From Candidatus Eiseniibacteriota bacterium (lineage in GTDB: Bacteria; Eisenbacteria; RBG-16-71-46; CAZAMP01): DNA of 64,000 nucleotides. The notes beneath the pieces are model-generated. The model saw nothing but the letters and a program-made list of their open reading frames with translations. It made no database searches and had not been told where the DNA came from. Position numbers and translations under genes: made by a program. The DNA is taken from NCBI GenBank assembly GCA_965224245.1, contig OZ245046.1, positions 2,656,001-2,720,000 of the forward strand, in the 5' to 3' direction. Positions 1 to 9,275 of the stretch are shown here, one piece after another; position 1 is the stretch's first letter; each line of letters starts with the position of its first letter.

Positions 1-1349
1 CCGCTCGACGACCCCGCGTTCGTCCAGATCGTCAGCCGCTCGATCCGATCGAAGGGCGGATACAGCGCCATGCCGCCGGTCACGAGGTCGGGGCGTCCGT
101 CGCCGTCGAGGTCGCCGACGTCCAGCGTCATCAGGTGCGTCGGGTCGTGGGCGATCCCGTGCGACACGAACCGGCCGTCGCCGAGGTTCTCGAACCAGCG
201 CACGCCGCGCGCATCGGGACGATCCCAGTAGTTGAACGTGCTGACGGCGATGCCGTCCAGATCGCCGTCACCATCCAGGTCGGCCACCGCGGGCGCATAG
301 GCGCCGAAGTAATCGTCGATCCGGTGGAACGTGAACGAGAGCCCTCCCTCGTTCTCCAGCCACTGCACCCCGTGATTGGGCAACGGCCGGTAGTCGGTGG
401 CCACGAATGCATCGCCGTTGGTGTAGAGCACGTCGACGTCCCCGTCACCGTCGAGATCGCCCAGCGCGATGCCGCTCGAGCAGTAATCGTCGGTGGCGGC
501 ACCGAAGATCACGTGCGACGCAAAGTCGCCGTGACCGTCGTTCTCGAACACGTACACCTCTTCCCACTCCTGCGACACCAGCGCGACGATGTCGAGATCT
601 CCGTCCCCGTCCATGTCAGCCACCGGGGAGTGGATCGTTCCGGCCAGGTTCAGCAGCTGATGGCTCTCGAAGCGCCAGTCGCCGAGGTTCTCCATCCACC
701 GGATCTCACCCTGGTCGTAGCCGAACTGTCCCACCGACAGGTCCACGTCTCCGTCTCCATCCAGATCACCGGGCTGGACGTCGGTGACGCGGGCGATGCC
801 GTCGGCCAGCACACGCTCGTGGAAGCGCATGCGTCCGTCGTTCTCGAGCACGATGACCGAGCCGATGCGGTCGTTGTTGGGCAGCATGATCCCCATCGCC
901 GCGACCAGCACGTCGAGGTCGCCGTCGGCGTCGACGTCCACCGGAGCCACGCGAACCGGCGCACCGATCGAGTCGGAGATCGCGTCCTCGACGAAGGCGC
1001 CGGCGGCGTCGGGATGCAGCCAGGTCACGCGCGCCGCCAGCACGTCGGCCACGAGCACGTCGCGCCGGCCGTCCCCGTCCAGGTCGGTGATGCACGTGTG
1101 CGCGATGAGGGGCTTCCGGGCCGCGAACGCGGCGCCGCCTACGGCTCGGGGCCGGAACAGATCCGGCGTGTCGGGTCCCCGGCGATCGGCCGCCGTCTCG
1201 ATGGCGACCGGCGTGTCGTCGCCGCGTCCCCAGGTCGCCACGAACTCGCCGACGGACTGCCCGCTCCGCCGCGCTCCCAGGACGAGCCCGAGCCCGACCA
1301 CGAGCGCGACGACGACGAGCGCCGCGAGCACCATGCCGATGGTCTTCAC
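1..1349 (-). CDS. FG-GAP/VCBS repeat beta-propeller protein with N-terminal membrane anchor (3' end runs off the window; absent from the ORF track)
   Basis: Manual translation from GTG at 1349 (GGAGG RBS upstream; GTGA overlap with the TPR gene stop). Hydrophobic N-terminus KTIGMVLAALVVVALVVGLGLV. Repeated DxDGDGxxD motifs, e.g. LDVGDLDGDGRPDLV and GDLDGDGDVD. Confidence 0.85.
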   Translation of the reverse strand, partial: MKTIGMVLAALVVVALVVGLGLVLGARRSGQSVGEFVATWGRGDDTPVAIETAADRRGPDTPDLFRPRAVGGAAFAARKPLIAHTCITDLDGDGRRDVLVADVLAARVTWLHPDAAGAFVEDAISDSIGAPVRVAPVDVDADGDLDVLVAAMGIMLPNNDRIGSVIVLENDGRMRFHERVLADGIARVTDVQPGDLDGDGDVDLSVGQFGYDQGEIRWMENLGDWRFESHQLLNLAGTIHSPVADMDGDGDLDIVALVSQEWEEVYVFENDGHGDFASHVIFGAATDDYCSSGIALGDLDGDGDVDVLYTNGDAFVATDYRPLPNHGVQWLENEGGLSFTFHRIDDYFGAYAPAVADLDGDGDLDGIAVSTFNYWDRPDARGVRWFENLGDGRFVSHGIAHDPTHLMTLDVGDLDGDGRPDLVTGGMALYPPFDRIERLTIWTNAGSSS

Positions 1350-3106
1350 CGTGAACCTCCCCGTGCGCGCGCGAGCGCCTCGCGTGCCGCGTCGAGACCC
1401 GGGGCGAGCCGGACGGCGCTCTCGAAGTGAGCGATCGCCTCGTCCCGCGCCCCCCGCCGCATCAGCGTCGTGCCCAGGTGGAGATGCGCCTGCGCGAAGT
1501 TCGGATTGACGTCGATCGAGCGGCGCAGCTCGCGCTCGGCCGGTCCCACCTCGCCCCGACGCAGATGAACGTACCCGAGCGCCGCCAGCACGCGATAGTC
1601 GTTCGGCATCAGATCCCGCGCCGCCGACAGCTCCCGCCTGGCGTCGGTCCACGCGCCGGCCTGCAAGAGGTGATTGCCGAACGCGAAGTGCAGCATGCCG
1701 TCGTCCGGGTTCGCCTCGACGCCGCGCCGGAAGACGCGCACCGCCTCGTCGGATCTCCCGAGCCGCGCGAGCAGCGAGGCCCAGCCCGACCAGGCCTCGC
1801 CGAGCCGCGCGTCCAGCGTCGTCGCGGTCTCGTACGCGTCCAGCGCGGTGTCCGGGTGACCGGCGCGCTCCAGGACCGCAGCCAGTCGCTCGTACCCGAG
1901 CGCGGGCTGTCCCAGCGTGTACGGCGTGTCCGCCGGCACGGCGAGCCCTCGCTGATAGTGTTCGCGCGCCGCGTCCAGATCCCCGCGAAAGAACGAGATC
2001 TGCCCGAGGCTCATGTGGGCCATCGCGTGCTGGGGCTCGGTGGCGATGATGTCGCGCCACACCGACGCGGCCGCCGTCGTGTCGCCGGAAGCCTGGAGCG
2101 CGATCGCGTAGTCGTGTCGGAGATTGAGATAACTCGGATCCAGTCGGATCGCGCGCTCCAGCGTGGAGCGCGCCTCACGAAGCCGGGCGACCGACCGTCC
2201 CCCCATCGGTCCCGACAGGAACCGGCCCAGCGCCAGCAACACGTCGACGTCGTCCGGCGCGACCGCCTCCGCGCGCCGGAGAAAGGTCTCCGCGCGCGTG
2301 GCGTCACCCCACGTCTCGGCGATCTTGGCCTGCGTGACCAGAACGGACCCCGTGCTCGACGTGAGATACAGATCGAGCATCAGGGGATCGCGCATCTCGA
2401 GACCCACCGACGAGCCGAGGCGTTCGTGACGTCGCGCGTCGGCGTCCCGACCGAGCGCGTCGTAGGCGATCGCGAGCATGCGCTGGGCGGGACCGTAGCC
2501 CGGGTCAGCCCGGACCGCCGCATCCAGCACCCGCACCGCGCCCTCCCAGTCGCCACGATCGCCGAGGAGTCTCCCCAGATCGACGGCGGCGTGCGGCTGG
2601 GTCGGAAGAATCTCGAGCGCGCGCCGGAACGCCGACTCGGCTTCATCGGTCTCGCCGCGCCGCAGGCGGAGCTGCCCCAGCCTCGCCCAGCCGTACGCCA
2701 GACCCGGATCGCACGCGAGGGCCGCCTCGAGCGCCTCCACGGCACGATCGTGGTCGCCCAGCGTCAGCTCGAGCACGCCGCGGTAGTACGGCCAGCGCGC
2801 ATCGCCCGGATCGAGGACGCCCGCGCGCCGGTACAGGTGCCGCGCGTGGTCGTGAAACGCGTTCGCGTGGTACGTCATCCCGAGCGCTCCCACCGCCTCG
2901 CCCGAGCCGGGGTGCCGCCGCGCCTCGCGATCGGCGGACGTGACGGCCTCGACCACCGTCGGTGCCGCGCCGGAGAGATCCGGCGGCGCCGGGATCTCCC
3001 GCCGCATCGCCTGCTCGGACATCCGATCGATCACTCCCAGCGCAACCGCCGCCAGCACGAGCGTGACCGTGACGAGGACCCAGAGATTGCGGCGAGCGAC
3101 GGACAC
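1346..3106 (-). CDS. Membrane-anchored tetratricopeptide repeat protein
   Basis: N-terminal TM helix followed by many TPR units (A...LG...G..A...F..AL...P). Confidence 0.9.
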   Translation of the reverse strand: MSVARRNLWVLVTVTLVLAAVALGVIDRMSEQAMRREIPAPPDLSGAAPTVVEAVTSADREARRHPGSGEAVGALGMTYHANAFHDHARHLYRRAGVLDPGDARWPYYRGVLELTLGDHDRAVEALEAALACDPGLAYGWARLGQLRLRRGETDEAESAFRRALEILPTQPHAAVDLGRLLGDRGDWEGAVRVLDAAVRADPGYGPAQRMLAIAYDALGRDADARRHERLGSSVGLEMRDPLMLDLYLTSSTGSVLVTQAKIAETWGDATRAETFLRRAEAVAPDDVDVLLALGRFLSGPMGGRSVARLREARSTLERAIRLDPSYLNLRHDYAIALQASGDTTAAASVWRDIIATEPQHAMAHMSLGQISFFRGDLDAAREHYQRGLAVPADTPYTLGQPALGYERLAAVLERAGHPDTALDAYETATTLDARLGEAWSGWASLLARLGRSDEAVRVFRRGVEANPDDGMLHFAFGNHLLQAGAWTDARRELSAARDLMPNDYRVLAALGYVHLRRGEVGPAERELRRSIDVNPNFAQAHLHLGTTLMRRGARDEAIAHFESAVRLAPGLDAAREALARARGGSR

Positions 3107-3378
3107 GAAGCCTCCAGAGGGGGCGTGCGGACGAGCCGGGCGTCGGGTGCCCGGGCGTCGGGGACGGGATCGAACGGTCGATTCACGAGCCGCCCATTAT
3201 GCGGCGTTTGGTCGGGACGGGGTACCCGTTTCTTGACCGCGACACTCGCCGCGGACCCGCCGATGGATCGTGGGCGCGACGCGTGCGAGTCCCGACGATC
3301 GGTCGCTCGGCATGGCGCCGGCATGCTACGGTGCCCGGCGTTCGACGCCGACCGGTCCGGTCGCCGACAGAGGAGATC

Positions 3379-4710
3379 GTGTTGCGTGTCCGTCCCCCCG
3401 TTCTGGCCGTGTCGTCCATCGTCGTGTTCGCGCTCGTGGTCGAGATCGTCGTGCGGCTCGCGGGACCGGATCTCTCCACTCCGGCGGCGCAGGGTCAGTT
3501 CCGCTTCGACGTGGGCCCCGAGGCCGCGCGCGCTCATCACGTGCGCGACCCGGAGCTCGGGTGGCGCCTCGCCCCCGGGGGCGCCGGCGGCATCCGCACG
3601 AACTCCCGCGGCTTTCGGGGCGCCGAGTTCGCCGATCGCAAGCCCCCCGGCGTGCTCCGCATCGTGTTCATCGGCGACAGCAATCCGATGGGGTTCGGGC
3701 TGACCGACGAGAGCCATCCCTACCCCAGCCGCGTGTGCGAGATCCTGACGACGTTCGTCGGGGATCGTCTGGGAGCGGAGGTCGAGTGCATCAACCTGGG
3801 CGTGGATGCCTACTCCAGCCTTCAGGCACGCCGGGTTGCCGAGCGCTACGTTCCGCTTCTCCGGCCGGACTTCGTCTGCGTGCAGGTGGGGTTCAACGAC
3901 TACTGCTACGCATCGGTCGCCGACGCCGATCGACACTTCGAGCGTCCGCCGGTGCTGCGGCTGCTCGACCGCTCCCATGCGTACCGGTGGCTGCGGCGAG
4001 TCCTCCTGGCACGAACGCCCCGCTGGAGCGGCGAGCCGGTTCGCCGGGTGTCGCCCCAGGCGTTCGAGGCCAACGTGCGGGCGATCGTCGCGATCGCGAA
4101 CGAGATCGGAGCCCGTCCGATCCTGATCACGACGCCCGTGAATCCCAACGTGCCGCTGGTCATCAACGAGGAGCGCATCCAGAGCGGAGACGACGAGATC
4201 TGGATGACCGAGGACCGGTGGGCGAAGGGCATGTTGCAGCAGGCCGGCGTCGTACCTCCGGACTCGCTCACGCACGAGCGCTACATCCCCGAGACCGAGC
4301 GGCTCCTGAACGCGCATCCGGACTGGCCCATCCTGGCCTGGATGCTGTCGGCCGCGCACGCCGAGCAGGGTGACTCGGCGGCGGCGCAGACGTACGACGC
4401 GATGTGGCGGCGACTCGACACCGAGCGCGCCGTGCTCGCCTCGGGCTACCGCGAGCCGCTGGATCGAACGGCACGGGACACCGGCGCCGAGCTCGTGGAC
4501 GTGGCCGCGCTGCTCGATGCCTACCGGGCCGAGGTGGGCGAGGAGAACGCGCGCGGGCTCTACCTCGACTTCGTGCACCTGGATCCTCGCGGGCACGTGG
4601 TCGTCGCCACCGAGCTGGCCCGGCGCATCGTCTCGGCGGTCGCGGGCGAGGCGTCTGGCGACGCACGGGATCCGAGCCACCCGGGTGGCGCCGCCGTCCC
4701 GGGCGACTGA
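3379..4710 (+). CDS. SGNH/GDSL hydrolase family protein, membrane-anchored
   Basis: Block I GDS (FIGDSNPMG), block II NLGV.AY, block III GFND and block V DFVH. GTG start after AGGAG. N-terminal TM helix. Confidence 0.85.
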   Translation: MLRVRPPVLAVSSIVVFALVVEIVVRLAGPDLSTPAAQGQFRFDVGPEAARAHHVRDPELGWRLAPGGAGGIRTNSRGFRGAEFADRKPPGVLRIVFIGDSNPMGFGLTDESHPYPSRVCEILTTFVGDRLGAEVECINLGVDAYSSLQARRVAERYVPLLRPDFVCVQVGFNDYCYASVADADRHFERPPVLRLLDRSHAYRWLRRVLLARTPRWSGEPVRRVSPQAFEANVRAIVAIANEIGARPILITTPVNPNVPLVINEERIQSGDDEIWMTEDRWAKGMLQQAGVVPPDSLTHERYIPETERLLNAHPDWPILAWMLSAAHAEQGDSAAAQTYDAMWRRLDTERAVLASGYREPLDRTARDTGAELVDVAALLDAYRAEVGEENARGLYLDFVHLDPRGHVVVATELARRIVSAVAGEASGDARDPSHPGGAAVPGD

Positions 4711-4814
4711 GAGAGCCGGGCGGCGTCCACCGGTCGGCGGTTCGCACTCCACCCTTGCGCGGACGCGTTGCGGCTGGACGGGTGGTCGGGAGCGGGGATC
4801 GGATCGACGTGCGC

Positions 4815-5864
4815 CTACTCGTCCGTGGCGCTCGATCCGGTCAGCCTGCGAAACTCGGGATCGTCGAGGAGCGGCGAGAAGTCCGGGTCCAGGACCGCCC
4901 GGGCGCCGAGGGCACCGTCTCGCTCGATCGCCTGACCCAGCAGGTCGAGCGCGGCGTCGCGTTCGCCGGCGCGTGCACGGAAGCATGCGGCATGATAGTA
5001 GGACTCGCCCTCGTCCGGCCGGAGCGCGACGACGCGCTCGCCCAGTCCGAACGCGCGCGCGTGGTCCTGTCGCTCGCTCACCGTGTATCCCTCGAGGATG
5101 AGGGCGTTCCAGCGCCAGAGATCGAAGATGCGTCGGAGCTCCCCGATGGGATCGATGTGGTCGTCGACCCGGAGATCACAGTAGCGATCGTTGTAGCCGC
5201 CGTATCCGGCGCCGTCCTTGACGACGAGGATCGCGGCCGACTGCACGCCGCGCGAATCGCCCCCCGCCCGCTGTCCGGCCTCGAGTGCCGTCATGAGCCG
5301 GTGCCCGAGGATGCCGTCGGTGGATTCGAACGCCTCGGCCATCGCGGCGACGACGTCCGCACCGGTCAGGATGTTGCCCTGCGCGGTGTAGTCGGGGCCG
5401 GTGACGTGTCCGGCCCATGCCATGCACGACTCGCCGGTGTGGGCGGCCGAGGCGCCGTCCAGTGACACCACGCCCACCTGACGCTGTGCGCGATCCTCGT
5501 CGGCTCGGGTCAGCGCCGCGATCACCTCCTCCGGCGATCGTCCGGCGGCCAGCATGTCGAGCGCGCGGGGTCCGTACGCGGTGTTCGCGAACGCCTGGGT
5601 CGCCACCGCGCCGGCGTCGGCGCTCGCCCACGGGACGACCGCGCCCACCGCGAAGAACTTCGACTGCACCGCGATCCCGACCTCGCCGGCCTCGGGATCG
5701 GCCCCCACGATGGAGAACGTGGCAACCGGCATCTCCGCTCGGGCCAGCGGCGTCGCGAGCAGCGCGACGGCGGTCGTGGACACCAGGGTCGCGGCGAGAC
5801 GAATCCGCCCCCCGCACCGGTCGAACCAGCGGGTCGGGCTCTGGCGGCGGAGTGACGTCGACAT
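4815..5864 (-). CDS. DUF1028 (Ntn-hydrolase-like) protein with C-terminal TPR
   Basis: Signal peptide, then ATFSIV..D...GEVGIAVQSKFFAVG, QGNIL, GGDSRG.QSAA, DLRVDDH..P..EL.R. TPR tail YHAAC...ALDLL..A. Confidence 0.9.
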   Translation of the reverse strand: MSTSLRRQSPTRWFDRCGGRIRLAATLVSTTAVALLATPLARAEMPVATFSIVGADPEAGEVGIAVQSKFFAVGAVVPWASADAGAVATQAFANTAYGPRALDMLAAGRSPEEVIAALTRADEDRAQRQVGVVSLDGASAAHTGESCMAWAGHVTGPDYTAQGNILTGADVVAAMAEAFESTDGILGHRLMTALEAGQRAGGDSRGVQSAAILVVKDGAGYGGYNDRYCDLRVDDHIDPIGELRRIFDLWRWNALILEGYTVSERQDHARAFGLGERVVALRPDEGESYYHAACFRARAGERDAALDLLGQAIERDGALGARAVLDPDFSPLLDDPEFRRLTGSSATDE

Positions 5865-5941
5865 GCGGGCCTCCCTCGCGCGTGACGACCGCCGCGGCCG
5901 AGGCCGCGCGGCGTCCGGGGACGACGGTGACGTGAGTCCGG

Positions 5942-6619
5942 TCAGCCGCGCCGGCGTCGCAGCGTACGGGCCATGCCGGCCAGGCCGAGGCCCACCAGCG
6001 CGATCGTCGCCGGCTCGGGGACCGGGGTGTTGGGCTCCCCGTCGCGCGGACGTCCCTCGACGTGGAGCTTGAAGTCGCGGATGAACCCGTCGTCCCGGTA
6101 GAAGTTGTCGTAGACCCAGAGCCGCCAGGCACCCCGGGTGGAGAGCCCGTCGAACTGACCCAGCCGACCGTCGGTGCGCGCGTGCCGGCCGGCCACGTCG
6201 ACCTGCCACGAGCCGTCGAACGGGGCCTCGCTCGCCTCGGCGTCGGCGATCGACCGCGACGCCTCGTCATCGAAGCGCGTGTCGTGGAAACCGTGCGACC
6301 CGAATCCGTAGACGCCGTGTGAACGCCGGCCGACCTGATCGACGAGCAGCGATAGCGGACCGGTCGCATCGGGATCGGCCCCGCTGCGGGGGCCCTCGAG
6401 CCAGATCGTCAGCTCGCCCGCCCACGCGTGGTCGATCGTGAGCTGGACGTCGAGATCCGTGATCTCGACGTCGTCGGTGATCTCGATCTCGGCGATGGTC
6501 CACTCCTGGGCGGAGATTCCGAGATCGGCCCCGGAGTAGTCGTAGGTCAGCGGAATCGCCACGGCGCCACCCGCCCAGACCGAGATGGCAGCCGCGACCG
6601 TCGCAGCGTTTCGACGCAC
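5942..6619 (-). CDS. PEP-CTERM sorting domain protein with proprotein convertase P-domain
   Basis: Signal peptide, P-domain motifs (I.H.W.GEL.I.L, GAW.L.V.D....D.G) and C-terminal VPEPATIALVGLGLAG..RRRR. AGGAGG RBS. Confidence 0.9.
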   Translation of the reverse strand: MRRNAATVAAAISVWAGGAVAIPLTYDYSGADLGISAQEWTIAEIEITDDVEITDLDVQLTIDHAWAGELTIWLEGPRSGADPDATGPLSLLVDQVGRRSHGVYGFGSHGFHDTRFDDEASRSIADAEASEAPFDGSWQVDVAGRHARTDGRLGQFDGLSTRGAWRLWVYDNFYRDDGFIRDFKLHVEGRPRDGEPNTPVPEPATIALVGLGLAGMARTLRRRRG

Positions 6620-6817
6620 GGTGGAGCCTCCTGTTGTGTATCGAGCTGTCGCGCCCGGGCACGGAGTGTTGAACGTGACACCCGCCTCCGGCGAACGTAG
6701 ACTCGCGCGACGGAGTCTAGATTCGTCGATCCGGTACCTTCAAGCGCCAATCGGGGTTGCTCGCGTCATCAAATCTGGACATCGCACTCGCGCGTGGCGT
6801 CATCGAAAGGTCGCTCC

Positions 6818-7444
6818 GTGGTCATCCTCGACGTCTCGCGTCCCCTCGCCCCGTCGACCGCGCCGTGGCCGGGCGACGCGGCGTGCTCGATCGAGCCGGT
6901 GCACACGATCGCGTCCGGCGCCTCGTCGAACCTCTCGGTGCTGCGGACGAGCCCGCACGTCGGGACGCATGCCGATGCGCACCGACACGTCTCCGACGCC
7001 GGCGCGGGTGCCGGCGAGATGCCGCTCGACGCGTTCGTGGGCCCCTGCCAGGTCGTCCGTGCGGAGACCGGCGGTGTCGACGTCGTCACCGCCGAGAGCC
7101 TCTCGCACGTCGACCTGGGGCTCTCACCGCGCGTGCTGCTGCGGACCGACACCCACCCCGACTCCACGCGATGGCCCTCCGGCTTCGCCGGGCTGTCGAC
7201 CGAGGCGGCCGATCTGATGATCGCCGCGGGCATCCGGCTGGTCGGCATCGACACCCCCGGCGTCGACCCGGAGTCGGCCCCGGATCTCCCGGTGCATCAC
7301 CGCCTCCTGGCCGCCGGCGTCGCGTGGCTCGAGAACCTGGATCTCTCCGCGGTGAGCCCGGGACGGTACGAGCTGATCGCGCTCCCGCTGAAGATCCCCG
7401 GCGCCGATGCCAGTCCCGTGCGGGCCGTGCTCGTGTCGCGATGA
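6818..7444 (+). CDS. Cyclase family protein (kynurenine formamidase KynB-like)
   Basis: HxGTHxDA motif (HVGTHADAHRH), GIDTP, ENL and C-terminal PLK...DASPVRA. Confidence 0.85.
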   Translation: MVILDVSRPLAPSTAPWPGDAACSIEPVHTIASGASSNLSVLRTSPHVGTHADAHRHVSDAGAGAGEMPLDAFVGPCQVVRAETGGVDVVTAESLSHVDLGLSPRVLLRTDTHPDSTRWPSGFAGLSTEAADLMIAAGIRLVGIDTPGVDPESAPDLPVHHRLLAAGVAWLENLDLSAVSPGRYELIALPLKIPGADASPVRAVLVSR

Positions 7445-7456
7445 CCGGGCGCCCGG

Positions 7457-8572
7457 TCACTCGCCGAACAGCGTGAGCTGGTCCCCCGCCGCCGGTCGCG
7501 GCGAGCGGCGACGGGCGGCCCGAGCCGGCTTCCGGAACCGGGACGTGTCGAGCGCCGGGCCCGACTCGCGGTAGCCCAGCCGGGCGCACGCGGTCGCGAA
7601 GCGCCACGCGAGGAGCTCCGCGTGGGGGCCCCGGCCGCGGCCGCGGGCACCGTAACGCGAGTCGTAGAGCCGGCCCCCGTGCATGTCGGTGAGGATCGAC
7701 AGCACGCGCCTGGCCGTCCCGGGCGCATGGGCCTCGAGCCACTCGGTGACCAGCGCCCCGACCTCGCGGGGCAGGCGGAGCAGAACGTACGTGGCGACCT
7801 CCGCGCCGGCGCCCCGCGCCGCGGTGAGTATCGCCTCGAGCTCGGGATCGGTGAGCGCGGGTATGACCGGCGCCACCATGACGCCGCACGGGACCCCGCG
7901 CCGCGACAGCGCCTCGAGGGCCATGAGACGCTTCTCGGGCGTGGGGCAGCGCGGCTCGAGCCGCCGGGCGAGCTCGCGATCGAGCGTCGTGATCGACAGC
8001 CACACCGAGACGAGGCGCTCCTCGGCCAGCCGGCCCAGAAGGTCGAGGTCGCGCAGCACCAGGTTCGACTTCGTCACGATGGAGACGGGATGTCGCGTCT
8101 CCAGCAGCACGTCGAGCACGCTCCGCGTGACGCCCAGCCGGCGCTCGATGGGCTGATACGGATCGGTGTTGGTTCCGATGGCGATCGGGTGGCAGCGGTA
8201 GCTCGGTGCGGCCAGCTCGTCGCGGAGACACCGGGCCGCGTCGGGCTTGGCGAACAGGCGCGACTCGAAGTCCAGGCCCGGCGAGAGACCGAGGTAGGCG
8301 TGTGTCGGGCGCGCGAAGCAGTAGACGCACCCGTGCTCGCAGCCGCGGTACGGGTTGATCGAGCGGTCGAAGGGCACGTCCGGGGACGTGTTCCGGGTCA
8401 GCACGGTCCTGGCCGCATCGGGCGAGACGGTGGTCCGGAGGGCGGGGGCGGGCAGGTCGGCACTGCCCCAGCCGTCGTCGAAGGCCTCGGTTTCGTAGCG
8501 CTCGTACCGACCCGTGTGGTTGGATAGGGCTCCGCGGCCGCGCCGCGGGCGAGGTGGCGTGTGACTGCACAT
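7457..8572 (-). CDS. Radical SAM protein, PA0069/Rv2578c (spore photoproduct lyase-like) family
   Basis: SINPYRGCEHGCVYCFARPTH (CxxxCxxC), GTNTDPYQP.E, LLRLP.E and C-terminal QLTLF. Confidence 0.92.
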   Translation of the reverse strand: MCSHTPPRPRRGRGALSNHTGRYERYETEAFDDGWGSADLPAPALRTTVSPDAARTVLTRNTSPDVPFDRSINPYRGCEHGCVYCFARPTHAYLGLSPGLDFESRLFAKPDAARCLRDELAAPSYRCHPIAIGTNTDPYQPIERRLGVTRSVLDVLLETRHPVSIVTKSNLVLRDLDLLGRLAEERLVSVWLSITTLDRELARRLEPRCPTPEKRLMALEALSRRGVPCGVMVAPVIPALTDPELEAILTAARGAGAEVATYVLLRLPREVGALVTEWLEAHAPGTARRVLSILTDMHGGRLYDSRYGARGRGRGPHAELLAWRFATACARLGYRESGPALDTSRFRKPARAARRRSPRPAAGDQLTLFGE

Positions 8573-8607
8573 ATGTGCAGTCTACCCGATCGCCGGTGGC
8601 CCTCCAA
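8563..8607 (-). promoter_or_regulatory. Sigma70-type promoter (TTGGAG-17-TAGACT) overlapped by a 20-bp perfect palindrome operator; predicted leaderless transcript
   Basis: -35 at 8602-8607, -10 at 8579-8584, 17-nt spacer. The ATG at 8572 lies at the expected +1. Palindrome GACTGCACATATGTGCAGTC at 8563-8582. Confidence 0.7.
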
Positions 8608-8747
8608 GCGGACGTCACGCGGAGTCGACTCGCGGGACCCCGATGCGGAGGACGCCGACCGCGGCGCACGGCGCCGAGACGGGTCGACCGGGATCCCTCC
8701 GGGCGGAGGCCCCCCGGCGGCCCGCGGCGCCATCGGAGGAGCGTATC

Positions 8748-9185
8748 GTGTCGAGATCCAACGGACTGATCCGCCTGGGCGCGACCCTCGGTGCGGTCGC
8801 GGTCGCGGCGGGGGCGTTCGGCGCGCACGCGCTCGGCGGGCGTCTCGACCCCGACGCCCTCGAGACCTACGACGTGGCCGCCCGTTACCACCTGCTCCAC
8901 GCGCTGGCCATCACGCTGGTCGGCGTGGCCGAGGCGCGGGGCATCCGGAACGTCCGAGGGGCCGGCTGGGCGTTCGCCACGGGCATCGCGCTGTTCTCGG
9001 GCAGCCTCTACGCGCTGGCGCTGAGCGGCGTCGAGTGGCTGGGTGCGATCACACCGCTCGGCGGCGTGGGGTTCATCGTGGGATGGCTCTGGCTGGCGTG
9101 GCGCCACGTCGTTCCGTCGACCTCGGCCCCGGGCTCGGAGCACCACTCGGGCGACGCGAGCATTCGCAAGCGGGTCGTTCGCTGA
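8748..9185 (+). CDS. DUF423 (YgdD/TMEM256) membrane protein
   Basis: GAFGAH, Y..LHAL, FSGSLY and GAITPLGG motifs. GGAGGA RBS before the GTG. Confidence 0.9.
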   Translation: MSRSNGLIRLGATLGAVAVAAGAFGAHALGGRLDPDALETYDVAARYHLLHALAITLVGVAEARGIRNVRGAGWAFATGIALFSGSLYALALSGVEWLGAITPLGGVGFIVGWLWLAWRHVVPSTSAPGSEHHSGDASIRKRVVR

Positions 9186-9275
9186 GCGGTCGCGGTCGCG
9201 CTCCGGCCTTCCCGTGACGCCGCCATCCGGGACACGGGCACGTCGGAGCCGCGGGGACGAACGGAACGAGAGCGG

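Noticed and set aside
6620-6800. Sigma54 promoter expected upstream of the PEP-CTERM gene
   Set aside because: TTGGCGC is present on the minus strand but lacks a correctly spaced -12 TGC element.
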